This document shows, in pieces, positions 17,486 to 26,377 of a stretch of DNA of 64,000 nt; within the stretch, counting starts at the first letter, position 1, and each line of letters opens with the position of its first letter. The DNA is from an uncultured Solirubrobacterales bacterium (lineage in GTDB: Bacteria > Actinomycetota > Thermoleophilia > Solirubrobacterales > 70-9). Location of the stretch: positions 62,016 through 126,015 of the forward strand of contig CAWERC010000001.1 in the NCBI GenBank assembly GCA_963811505.1, in the 5' to 3' direction. The notes beneath the pieces are model-generated. The model was not told the DNA's origin. It saw only the letters and a list, made by a program, of their open reading frames with translations, and made no database searches. Made by a program: the position numbers and the translations under genes.

Positions 17486-19963
17486 TCAGCCCTTGCTGAC
17501 GACCTCGCAGTTCGTGGCGCTCGCCGTGATCGGGTCGTTCGGTGTCGAGTCGGCGGTCACCTGATCGTTGTCACCGGCGTTCTCACCGCAGCTGAACAGG
17601 CTGTCGACGTCGTCGTTGCGGGCTCTGATCGTGTCGTTTCCGGCGCCGGCCGTGAACCGGTCGGCCCCGGTCGAGCCGATCAGCGAGTCGCCGGCCGTTC
17701 CGCCGGTGAGCGTGTCCAAGCCGGAGCCGCCGTCGAGCGTCACCGGGATCGCGATCGTGCTCGCGTTCAGCGTGTCGTTCTGGTCGCCGCCGAGCACCGA
17801 GATTCGCGTGATGCCGGCGATCGGGCACTTGACCGTGAAGTCGTTGACCCGCTGGCATCCCGTTCCGGGGGTGATCCGCGACCCGCTCTGCTGCGCGGTC
17901 GTGCTGGTCGAGTACGGATCGGTGATCCTGTACTTGTTGACCCCGGCGTCGTTGAAGCGCGTCACCGTCACGGTGTTGCGCTGGCCGGCGCCGGCCGTGA
18001 ACGTCAACACGCCGCCGGTCACGCGCGCGGTCGACTCCGCGGCCGCCTTGTACATGTTGAGGCGGTCGCCCGTCGCGACCTTGCCCGCGAGCGACGCCTT
18101 CGCGTCGCCGCTGCGCAGGATCTTGTCCTTGATCTGCGCGACGGTCGCCGTCGGGAACTTCGTGAACAGGAACGCGGCGGCGCCGGCGACTTGGGGGGTC
18201 GCCATCGAGGTCCCGTTGAAGAAGTCGTACGCGGTCGAGTTGGGCGTCGCCGGGAAGCACTTGACCTTCACGTCGTCCACGTACGCGCCGTCGTCGGTGA
18301 CCGAGCCGTCGGTCTCGAGCGAGAAGCGGACGAAGACGCCGCTCTGCCCGTTGAGCGCCGCCGGGAAGGGCGCGCTGATCGTGCCCTGTGCGGGCCCGCC
18401 GCTGAAGGTGAACATCGTCTGCCAGCTGGCGGAGTTCGCCGGCGTCTTGGTGGCCTGGACCCGGAAGAAGTCGTAGCCCGACTCGGTGTCGATCCTGCCG
18501 AACGCCTTGATGCTGCAGTTGCTGCCGCCGGTGAGGTTGAGGCCGTTGGCGTTGCGGATCCAGTTGAACTGGTTGTTCACGTACTGGGTCGGCGCAGCCG
18601 CCGTTCCTCCAGGCGAGTCGGTGACGCTGTTGCTGGGGCTGCCCGAGAACACCGTCGTCCGGTTCCAGCGCGGGGCACCCGCCTGGCCGGCGTCGTTGTT
18701 GATCCAGCGCCCGGTGATCGGGACCTCGAAGCTCTCGGTGAAGATCGTGTTCTGAGGCACGGTGCTCAGGATCGTCACACCCGGGGCCGCGATGTCAACG
18801 TTGGTGACGCCGAAGTTCGAGAAGTTGGCGAGCTGGTCGCTCGAGTCGGTCGCCGCGACGCAGATCTTGTTCGCCGCGTCGGGGGTCGACGCGGGGTTAC
18901 ACGGCGTGTGCGGCGAGGTGTCGTTGTTCACCCCGTCGTTGCCCGCCGCGACCGCGTACAGCGTGTTCGGCCGGCTCTTGATCGCGTTGTCCAGCGTCGC
19001 CGAGGTGCCGGAACCGCCCAGGCTGACGTTGGCCACCTTCGCGTTCATGGTCCCGGCGTAGACGAGCCCGTCGGCGATGTTTGCGAACGAGCCGGAGCCC
19101 GCCGCGTTGAGGACTTTGACCGGGATGATCTTCGGGCCCAGCCAGCTGCCGCTGGTGGTCGGGAAGCTGGCGGCGCCGGCGACACCGAGGCTGTTGTTGG
19201 CCCGCGCCGCGATCGTGCCGGCGACGTGGGTGCCGTGCTCGTTGTCGTCAACCGGGTTGTTGTCGTTGTTGACGAAATCCCAGCCACGGAAGTCGTCGAC
19301 CTTGCCGTTGCCGTCGTCATCGATTCCGTTGGTCTCCTTGCCGCCGCCGCTTTCGCCCGGATTGAGGAATCGGTTCAGCGTCAGGTCGGGATGAGCGACC
19401 TGCACGCCGCTGTCGACCACGGCAACACGCACGGACGAGCCGAGCCCGACGCCCATGTTCCACGCCTCGGTGGCGTCGATGTCGGCATCCGCCACGCCGC
19501 TCACGCCGTTCACCGCCTGGCCGGTGTTGTGGAGGCCCCAAAGGTCACCGAACCTGGTGTCGTTCGGAGTGACCGCCGCGTGCAGGATGCCGTTCGGCTC
19601 CGCATACGCGACGTCGGGGTCGCGCTCGAGCTTCGCGGCGGCCTCGGCCTCGTCGCCCGGCGTGACGTTGATCAGCTCGGTGCGCGAGATCAGCAGGTCG
19701 CGCTCGTGGGTCGCGTCCACCGACGACATCGCCGCGGCGCGGTCGGATCCGGAAGCGCTCGGCTTGTAGCGGACGATCACCTCGCCGGGCACGACGTCCT
19801 GGCCGAACAGGCCGGCGTTATCGGACGCCGGGCGGGCCCCCTCCTTGGCGAGTGCCGAACCGCTCGCGCACAGCAACCCGAGGAGTCCGATGCAAGCGAC
19901 GAACGTCCGCCGCTGCGCCGCGCCGCTCGACCGCTCATTACCCGTCCCTGGCTTCCGAAGCAT
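17486..19963 (-). CDS. Secreted subtilisin-like (S8) serine protease with C-terminal RTX-like Ca-binding nonapeptides
   Basis: Catalytic triad contexts VAVVDSGV, HGTHVAGTIAA and GTSMATPQVAGAAA. C-terminal GGDQNDTLN, GGSGLDTLT, GGTAGDSLI, GSTGADRFT and AGAGNDTIR. Confidence 0.88.
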   Translation of the reverse strand: MLRKPGTGNERSSGAAQRRTFVACIGLLGLLCASGSALAKEGARPASDNAGLFGQDVVPGEVIVRYKPSASGSDRAAAMSSVDATHERDLLISRTELINVTPGDEAEAAAKLERDPDVAYAEPNGILHAAVTPNDTRFGDLWGLHNTGQAVNGVSGVADADIDATEAWNMGVGLGSSVRVAVVDSGVQVAHPDLTLNRFLNPGESGGGKETNGIDDDGNGKVDDFRGWDFVNNDNNPVDDNEHGTHVAGTIAARANNSLGVAGAASFPTTSGSWLGPKIIPVKVLNAAGSGSFANIADGLVYAGTMNAKVANVSLGGSGTSATLDNAIKSRPNTLYAVAAGNDGVNNDTSPHTPCNPASTPDAANKICVAATDSSDQLANFSNFGVTNVDIAAPGVTILSTVPQNTIFTESFEVPITGRWINNDAGQAGAPRWNRTTVFSGSPSNSVTDSPGGTAAAPTQYVNNQFNWIRNANGLNLTGGSNCSIKAFGRIDTESGYDFFRVQATKTPANSASWQTMFTFSGGPAQGTISAPFPAALNGQSGVFVRFSLETDGSVTDDGAYVDDVKVKCFPATPNSTAYDFFNGTSMATPQVAGAAAFLFTKFPTATVAQIKDKILRSGDAKASLAGKVATGDRLNMYKAAAESTARVTGGVLTFTAGAGQRNTVTVTRFNDAGVNKYRITDPYSTSTTAQQSGSRITPGTGCQRVNDFTVKCPIAGITRISVLGGDQNDTLNASTIAIPVTLDGGSGLDTLTGGTAGDSLIGSTGADRFTAGAGNDTIRARNDDVDSLFSCGENAGDNDQVTADSTPNDPITASATNCEVVSKG

Positions 19964-20172
19964 CCCGCTCTCCTCGTCGTCGTTCCCTGACTACTGGCCA
20001 TCTGATGGCCGAGGCGGCAGGGTAGCAACCCCGATTCCGGGAATCCATCCGTAGAAACCACCCATGCGCCGCAGTCAGCACCGTATTTCGCCGAGGTTGG
20101 GCGGCGCGAAGCGAACGCGGAACCCCTACGGATTACCGCTCCGCTGCCGCGCTAACGCGGGCGGGCGTGCCA

Positions 20173-20361
20173 CTACTTCTCAGCGACCGCTTGCTTGAGT
20201 GCCTCAAACTGTCGGTTGAATTCGCTGCGAACCTGCTGCCGGGAAACCGGGCGAGCGCGGGCTTTCTCGGTCGTGCCCTCGATGCATGCGACCTGGACTT
20301 GCAAGCCCCCCGTAGTCGTGCTGCTCTCATTGATGTACTCAGTACCCCACGCTGAACTCAT
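20173..20361 (-). CDS. Hypothetical 62-aa protein
   Basis: ORF begins 19 nt after the PD40 gene stop on the same strand, in an AT-richer islet. No recognisable motif. Competing ORFs exist on the plus strand. Confidence 0.3.
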   Translation of the reverse strand: MSSAWGTEYINESSTTTGGLQVQVACIEGTTEKARARPVSRQQVRSEFNRQFEALKQAVAEK

Positions 20362-20379
20362 CGATCACGTTCCGAGGGC

Positions 20380-21330
20380 CTAGTGATGACCCGCATGTGG
20401 AGACGGCAGCGGGGCCCAATCGAACAGACCAAGCAACTCTCGACTGAGCACCTTGACCCGCGAATCCGGGCGTGCACGACGCACGGCGATGCCGCCGCTG
20501 TACCTGCGGTTAATGAACTCAAAGGCGATCTTTCGGCCGTCGGGAGACCAGACTCCGTGAGAGCCGTAAAAATCCGTCTCGCTGAGCTCGAAGGCCCCAG
20601 ACCCATCCGCTCGGACGATGAAAACGCTTGCGCCCCGACACATCGGCGGCCCCTCCGGGCAGTAACGCGTGAACGCGATGCGCCTGCCGTCCGGGCTCCA
20701 GGAAGGGTCAAGATCTTGGTCGCCGGAAGTCACCGCAACCGCCTGCCCTTCGCCGTCGGCTCGTGTCACGAAGATCCGGAAGGTCGCGTCGGAGTCGACC
20801 GACCCGGAGAAAGCGATCTTCCGACCATTCGGAGAGAGATCGAACCCCTCGCGGACGTTTGACAAGCCGAGGTCGGCTGCTGAGAACAGAACGTGCCTGT
20901 GTTTTGTGTTTGAGCGCGCCGTCCAGAATGTGTTCTCGTCGCTCCAGAGGATGTTCCGGCTGTTTCTCGAGAACTTCGGATTGTGGGCATGCTCCCTGGG
21001 GCCGGTCACCGGCCGGGGGTGGTCTCCATTCCGGCGCGCCACCCACACCCGCGAGTAGGCGGTGCAAAAACGGGTGCAGGGCGGCTTTTCGTAGTACCTG
21101 ACGTACGCGATCCGCTTGCCGTCCGGTGACAGAACAAGATCCTCAACCCCGTCGTCGGCGCCGGAGCGCACAACTGGCTTCAACGACGAACCATCGGGCG
21201 AGAGCGAGAAGGCTTTGACCCCGTTGCTAACGGTCAAGGGCCCATTGACCCCAGGGTAAGTTCCCAGCGCAGTCGCTGGCCACAGCGCGATCAAGAGGAC
21301 CGCCAGCAAGGCTCCCCGCCACGACGCCAT
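20380..21330 (-). CDS. Secreted PD40/TolB-like beta-propeller repeat protein
   Basis: Repeated SPDGKRIAY / SPNGRKIAF / WSPDGRRIAF / WSPDGRKIAF blades. Start placed at the internal ATG 21330 (MASWRGALLAVLLIALWPATALG). Confidence 0.7.
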   Translation of the reverse strand: MASWRGALLAVLLIALWPATALGTYPGVNGPLTVSNGVKAFSLSPDGSSLKPVVRSGADDGVEDLVLSPDGKRIAYVRYYEKPPCTRFCTAYSRVWVARRNGDHPRPVTGPREHAHNPKFSRNSRNILWSDENTFWTARSNTKHRHVLFSAADLGLSNVREGFDLSPNGRKIAFSGSVDSDATFRIFVTRADGEGQAVAVTSGDQDLDPSWSPDGRRIAFTRYCPEGPPMCRGASVFIVRADGSGAFELSETDFYGSHGVWSPDGRKIAFEFINRRYSGGIAVRRARPDSRVKVLSRELLGLFDWAPLPSPHAGHH

Positions 21331-21674
21331 CACGAGCCAACCTACTCGGTAACGACCGGGACGGCAACCGCGACGACCTTGCGAGTCAGGCGCTCTCGCA
21401 GTCGACTCATCCGGCGCCATTAACCGCAGCCTGGAACGAAGTTCCGCTTCGGACCGAAGCGCGAGACGGCCTCAGTCCGTTTACGTGGGCGGCTGTGGAC
21501 GATGGGAGATTAGACAGCTAGAACACCGGTTCGGGGTGCCCACTCCCCCCTCCGCCCCCGGCCTGCACCCCACTTGCGCCCCAGTGAGCCCCAGTCTCCA
21601 TCGTCCTCAGCCGTTCTCAGTCGAAGCAAGACCCGCATAAACAAGCGGTGCGCCGCATGAGCAAGCGAGGGCTT

Positions 21675-22073
21675 TCAGATGTAGTACATGTCGGCGCCCG
21701 TCTCGGTCGCCTCGCGCCGGGCGATGTCGGCGATCGTGGTCGAGCCGAAGACGTTGCGCAGCGCCTCGACGCCGTCGCGCCAGATGCCGCCGGCCTCGTC
21801 GGCCTCCTGGCCCACCTTGCCGTCGAGCGCCTGGACGACCTCGAGCACGTTGATCTGCTCCGGGGGCCGGGCGAGCATGTAGCCGCCCTTGACACCCCGC
21901 TGGCTGACGAGCAGACCGTCGCGGCGGAGGGTCGAGAACAGCTGCTCGAGGAACTGGACCGGCATCCCACGGCGCTCGGCGATCTGGGCGATCGGCACGG
22001 GGCGATCACCCGAGCGCGCCAGCTCCGCCATCGCGACGACCGCGTAGCGGGACTTCGAGGTCACCGAGATCAT
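21675..22073 (-). CDS. Rrf2-family transcriptional regulator
   Basis: SKSRYAVVAMAELAR...PVPIAQIAERRGMPVQFLEQLFSTLRRDGLLVSQRGVKGGY winged-helix signature. Confidence 0.85.
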   Translation of the reverse strand: MISVTSKSRYAVVAMAELARSGDRPVPIAQIAERRGMPVQFLEQLFSTLRRDGLLVSQRGVKGGYMLARPPEQINVLEVVQALDGKVGQEADEAGGIWRDGVEALRNVFGSTTIADIARREATETGADMYYI

Positions 22074-22283
22074 CGGCGGCGGCTCCCCATGATCGCCATC
22101 TCCGCAGGTTCTAACGGATGTCGACGGAAAAACCTCGCTCCTACCGCTGAGCGAGCAAGCCCTCGCCGCGACCCCCAGCTAGGATGACCGGCGCGGTAAG
22201 AGAGGAGCCGCGGGCTCGTTCACTCGGATCGGGCAGCGGATCAGGGCATCTGCCGGGGTGTCACCCGGTCAAGGGGTCATGCA

Positions 22284-22898
22284 ATGAACGACGAACGACG
22301 CTGCCTGGTTATCGACGCGCAGCCGGCCATCCGGCTCGGGATCCGCGGCCTGCTCGGTGACCGCTACGACGTCGAGGAGGCCGAGAACGGGCGCGAGGCG
22401 CTCGAGCTCATCAGCTTCGACGACTTCGACGTTGCGATCGTCGAGCTGGCGGCCGCCAACGGGCGCGAGGCGCTCACCGGGCTGCCGGCGATCCGGGCGC
22501 TGCGCAAGGCGAGCCCGCGCCTCGGGATCGTCGCCTACGGCGCCCGGCCCCAGCGCCACACGGCGAGCGAGGCGATCGCCGCCGGGGCCACCGCATACGT
22601 CGCGAAGAGCTCAGACGCCCGTGAGCTCGAGCGGGCCGTCGACTCCGCCGCGGAGGCCGAGACGTTCGTCGACCCGGCAGCGCGAACGAAGGAGAACGGC
22701 GGCCGCCACCTGACCCGCCGCCAGCGCGAGATCCTCCAGCTCTACGCGAACGGCCTCTCGACGGAGAAGGCCGCGGAAAGCCTCGGCCTCAGCACCGAAA
22801 CCGTGCGGACCCACACCAAGGCGGTCCTTTCACGGCTGGAGGCACGCGACCGCACTCACGCCGTGGCGATCGGCCTGCGTTCCTCGCTGATCGAGTAA
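22284..22898 (+). CDS. NarL/FixJ-type response regulator (LuxR HTH) with atypical receiver
   Basis: C-terminal LTRRQREILQLYANGLSTEKAAESLGLSTETVRTHTKAV. In the receiver domain the expected phospho-Asp position reads AIVEL (Glu), and only one acidic residue is present in VIDAQP. Confidence 0.8.
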   Translation: MNDERRCLVIDAQPAIRLGIRGLLGDRYDVEEAENGREALELISFDDFDVAIVELAAANGREALTGLPAIRALRKASPRLGIVAYGARPQRHTASEAIAAGATAYVAKSSDARELERAVDSAAEAETFVDPAARTKENGGRHLTRRQREILQLYANGLSTEKAAESLGLSTETVRTHTKAVLSRLEARDRTHAVAIGLRSSLIE

Positions 22899-22905
22899 CG
22901 ACGGC

Positions 22906-23982
22906 TCAGAGCCAGCCGCGCTCGCGGGCGATCAGCACCGCCTGCGCCCTGTCCACCGCGCCGATCTTGCGATAGACGTTGTGCAGGTGGGTGCGCACCG
23001 TGCTGACCGAGAGCGTCAGCTCCTGGGCGATCTGCTTGTAGACCATGCCCTCGCCGAGGCCGCGGAGGGCGTCGAGCTCGCGGGTCGACAGCGGGCACGG
23101 CTCGCTCGAGCGGCGGCGCGGCTCGCCCAGGTGCGGGAACTCGAAGAGCAGTGAGTTGAGGCCGTTCTCGTCGATGTCGAGCGCCCCGGAGACCTCGCGC
23201 ATCGACTCGCTGGAGACCGGGTCGCCGGCGGCATGGTGGACGACGAGGTCGGCGAGCCGGATGGCCGCCGCGTGACCGGACGCGTCGACGGAGTGGTGGC
23301 GCTCGATCGCCGAGGCGACCACCGAGGGCAATCCCCATCGGCGGACCAGCACGGCGCCGACCAGGGCGTGGTCGATGCCGAGCTCGCGGCGCTCGCGGCG
23401 GGCGTGCTCGTCGGGCGACTCGCCCGGTCCCTGGAACGCCTGCTCGTACCCGTACAGCTCCGCGAGCACGAGCTTGCCGACGTCGTGAAGGAGGGCGGCG
23501 ACCGCGAGCTCGTCGCGCTGCGGGAGGCGGGCGAGCTCGCCGATCCGCTCGGCGCCGATCCGCACCGCGACGCCGTGGCGGCGGAATCGCTCGTGGCGGC
23601 TCGACGTGCCGGGCTGGTCGAGGACGTCGTAGGTTTCGAGCCCGGTCGCAAGGTTGGAGACACCGTCGGCCTGCAGGTACTCGACCGCCTCGCGGACACC
23701 CCCGGTGCGGCCGGAGGGACCCTCGCCGTTGTTGGCGGCGCGCATGATCGCGATCGCCAGCGCGGTGTCGGCCTCGATCGCCTCGGAGACATCTACGGGC
23801 GAAGGCGCCTGCTGGTCGCAGAGACCGACGAGGCGACGGCGGGCCTCGGCCAGCGCCGGCATCGCGGTGACGGTGTCGAACGCCTCCGCGAGGCGGCGCC
23901 CGCCGACCCCGGCCCGGCGCTCTCCGCGCTTCGAAGACCGGGCAGCGCCCTTTGTGTTCTTGCCGGTTGCGGCCTTGCTCAT
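22906..23982 (-). CDS. HDOD-domain protein fused to C-terminal LuxR-type HTH
   Basis: ALLHDVGKLVLAELYG and upstream HDOD-like helices. C-terminal LSTRELDALRGLGEGMVYKQIAQELTLSVSTVRTHLHNVYRKIG. The ORF extends to 24042; start placed at MSKAATG. Confidence 0.72.
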   Translation of the reverse strand: MSKAATGKNTKGAARSSKRGERRAGVGGRRLAEAFDTVTAMPALAEARRRLVGLCDQQAPSPVDVSEAIEADTALAIAIMRAANNGEGPSGRTGGVREAVEYLQADGVSNLATGLETYDVLDQPGTSSRHERFRRHGVAVRIGAERIGELARLPQRDELAVAALLHDVGKLVLAELYGYEQAFQGPGESPDEHARRERRELGIDHALVGAVLVRRWGLPSVVASAIERHHSVDASGHAAAIRLADLVVHHAAGDPVSSESMREVSGALDIDENGLNSLLFEFPHLGEPRRRSSEPCPLSTRELDALRGLGEGMVYKQIAQELTLSVSTVRTHLHNVYRKIGAVDRAQAVLIARERGWL

Positions 23983-24098
23983 TCTCAAGTTCTCACGGTT
24001 ACGCCCGCGCCACGCACGCGGTGTCAGCCTCTTCATCGGCATCAGTGCCTAGTTCTTTTAGCCTCGCGCGTGCGTGAATGCACGCGGCGGGCACGCGC

Positions 24099-25484
24099 TC
24101 ACGCGTCGCGCAGGCGTGAGAGCGCGTTTCGAACCCGAAAAACCGCCTCATCTCTGCCCAAAGCTGCAAGCGATTCGAAGATCCCGGGCGAAACCGTCGT
24201 GCCCGTGATCGCCACCCGCAGCGGCTGGTAAAGGTCGCGCGGTTTCAGATCGAGCCGCTCGGCGAGGCCGCCGAGCTCGGTCTCGAGCGTCGGCGGATCG
24301 AACGGCTCGGCCGTCTCGAGGCTCGCGAGCGCGGCCTCGAGCGCCGCGGCGACCCCATCGCGCCCCATCACCTTCGACCACGCTTTCGGATCGCCGACCG
24401 GCGGCTCGAAGAGGAAGGCGATCAGCGGCCAGAGCTCGTCGAGGGTCTGCGCCTTCTCCTGGGCAATCGCGCAGGCGGCGGCGAGCCGGTCGCGCTCCGC
24501 GGCGGCCTCGGCGTGCCCGGAGCGCTCGAGCGCCGCCGCCGCCGCGTCGACGTACGCGTCCGGCGGCAGCTCGCGCATGTAGCGGCCGTTCAGCCATCGC
24601 AGCTTGCGCTCGTCGAAGATCGCCGAGGAACGCCCGACCCGGTCGATCGAGAACTGCTCGATGAGCTGGTCGGTGGAGAGGATCGTCTGGTCGTGGTCGG
24701 CGCCCCACCCGAGGAGCGCCAGGTAGTTGCGGACCGCGGCGGGCAGATAGCCGGCGTCACGAAGCTCCTGCACCGAAGCGGCGCCGTGGCGCTTGGAGAG
24801 CTTCTTGCCGTCCGGCCCGTGCAGGAGCGGCAGGTGCGCGTAGCGCGGCGGCTCGGCGCCGAGCGCCTCCAGGACGAGCAGCTGCTTCGGCGTGTTCGAC
24901 AGGTGATCGTCGCCGCGGATCACGTCGGTGATCTCCATCTCCGCGTCGTCGACGGCGACCGCGAAGTTGTAGAGCGGCGTCCCGTCGCCGCGGGCGATCA
25001 CGAGGTCGTCCTGCAGCCGGTTCTCGAACCTCACCGGACCGCGGATCAAGTCCTCGACCACGGTCTCGCCCTCGTCGGGGACCCGCAGCCGGATCGCCGC
25101 GCCCTCCCCCTCGCGCGGCTCGCCTCGGTAACCGGCGTTGTCGTGGGCCTGCTTGTAGGCGCGGACATCGTCGGCGGTCGCCGTGTCCGGATACGCCTTG
25201 CCCGCCGCGACCAGCTCGCCGATCCGCGCCCGGTGCCGCTCGGCGCGCTCGGCCTGGCTCAGCGGTCCCTCATCCCAGTCGAGCTCGAGCCAGCGCAGCG
25301 CGTCGAGGATCTGCTCGACGTTCTCGGGCGTCGAGCGCTCGCGGTCGGTGTCCTCGATCCGCAGCACCAGCGTCCCGCCCGTGCCGCGCGCGAAGAGCCA
25401 GTTGTAGAGTGCCGTCCGCGCCCCACCGATGTGCAGGGCACCGGTCGGCGACGGGGCGAAGCGGACTCTCGGGGACTGGTTCAC
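24099..25484 (-). CDS. gltX: Glutamate--tRNA ligase
   Basis: HIGH-type motif PSPTGALHIGG and KMSKS-type KLSKR. Start placed at GTG 25484 (VNQSPRVRFAPSPTG) rather than the ORF start at 25613. Confidence 0.9.
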   Translation of the reverse strand: MNQSPRVRFAPSPTGALHIGGARTALYNWLFARGTGGTLVLRIEDTDRERSTPENVEQILDALRWLELDWDEGPLSQAERAERHRARIGELVAAGKAYPDTATADDVRAYKQAHDNAGYRGEPREGEGAAIRLRVPDEGETVVEDLIRGPVRFENRLQDDLVIARGDGTPLYNFAVAVDDAEMEITDVIRGDDHLSNTPKQLLVLEALGAEPPRYAHLPLLHGPDGKKLSKRHGAASVQELRDAGYLPAAVRNYLALLGWGADHDQTILSTDQLIEQFSIDRVGRSSAIFDERKLRWLNGRYMRELPPDAYVDAAAAALERSGHAEAAAERDRLAAACAIAQEKAQTLDELWPLIAFLFEPPVGDPKAWSKVMGRDGVAAALEAALASLETAEPFDPPTLETELGGLAERLDLKPRDLYQPLRVAITGTTVSPGIFESLAALGRDEAVFRVRNALSRLRDA

Positions 25485-25488
25485 GACT

Positions 25489-26367
25489 TTGCTGATCGGC
25501 GCGCATGTTTCCACAGCGGGTGGCCTCGCCAAGGCGGTCGAGCGCGGCGTCGAGACGCGGTCCGACGCAATCCAGGTCTTCAACCAGAGCCCGCGGATGT
25601 GGCACCCGACCAACTACACGGACGCCGACTTCGCCGACTTCCGCGACGCCCTCGACGGTTCACGCATCGATTCCGCGACGATCCACGCCGTCTACCTGAT
25701 CAACTGCGCCAGCAAGGAGCGCGAGATCCGGGCGAAGTCGATCGCCTCGCTCACGCACGCGCTGCGGGTTGGGGACGGGATCGGCGCCCACGGCGTCGTC
25801 CTTCACGCGGGCGCCCGGAAGGGCGAGGCCCATGGCCCGTCGATGAAGCGCGCCGCCAAGGGGATCGCGGCCGCCCTCGCCGACTCCGATGCGTGCCCGG
25901 TGCTGCTCGAAAACACAGCGGGGACGCAAGGGCCGCTCGGGCGCAACTTCGACGAGCTCGCCGACCTGCTCGAGCTGCTCGCCGGCGACGAGCGAATCGG
26001 GTTCTGCCTCGACTCCTGCCACCTGCTCGCCTCGGGGTTCGAGATCCGCACGGTCGAGGCGCTCGACGAGGTGATCGCCGAGTTCGACCAGAAGGTCGGG
26101 CTCGACCGCCTGCGCTGCCTGCATTTGAACGACTCGAAGATCCCGCTCGGCGGCAACCGCGACCGGCACGCGGGCCTCGGCGAGGGCGAGATCGGCGAGC
26201 GTGGCCTTGGCGTCTTCCTCTCCGAGCCGCGCTTCGAGCGGCTGCCGACCCTGATCGAGACCGGCCGTGAGGACGGTGCGCCGGGCCGCGCCGACGTCGA
26301 GCTGGCCAGGCGCCTGCGCAAACGCGGAATCGCCGCCCGCAAGAAGCGAGCGGCGAGCCGTTCCTAG
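25489..26367 (+). CDS. nfo: Deoxyribonuclease IV (endonuclease IV)
   Basis: LIGAHVSTAGG at the N terminus, plus VLHAGA and LDSCHLLASGF metal-site contexts. TTG 25489 is preferred over ATG 25429, which would overlap gltX. The start is uncertain. Confidence 0.82.
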   Translation: MLIGAHVSTAGGLAKAVERGVETRSDAIQVFNQSPRMWHPTNYTDADFADFRDALDGSRIDSATIHAVYLINCASKEREIRAKSIASLTHALRVGDGIGAHGVVLHAGARKGEAHGPSMKRAAKGIAAALADSDACPVLLENTAGTQGPLGRNFDELADLLELLAGDERIGFCLDSCHLLASGFEIRTVEALDEVIAEFDQKVGLDRLRCLHLNDSKIPLGGNRDRHAGLGEGEIGERGLGVFLSEPRFERLPTLIETGREDGAPGRADVELARRLRKRGIAARKKRAASRS

Positions 26368-26377
26368 CAATCCCCGC

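Noticed and set aside
20173-20361. The 62-aa ORF near the S8 protease, considered as a RiPP or lantipeptide-type precursor with its leader peptidase.
   Set aside because: There are no modification enzymes (LanM/B/C, radical SAM, YcaO, cyclase) or transporter nearby. It has only one Cys and no recognisable leader/core pattern. The coding status itself is uncertain.
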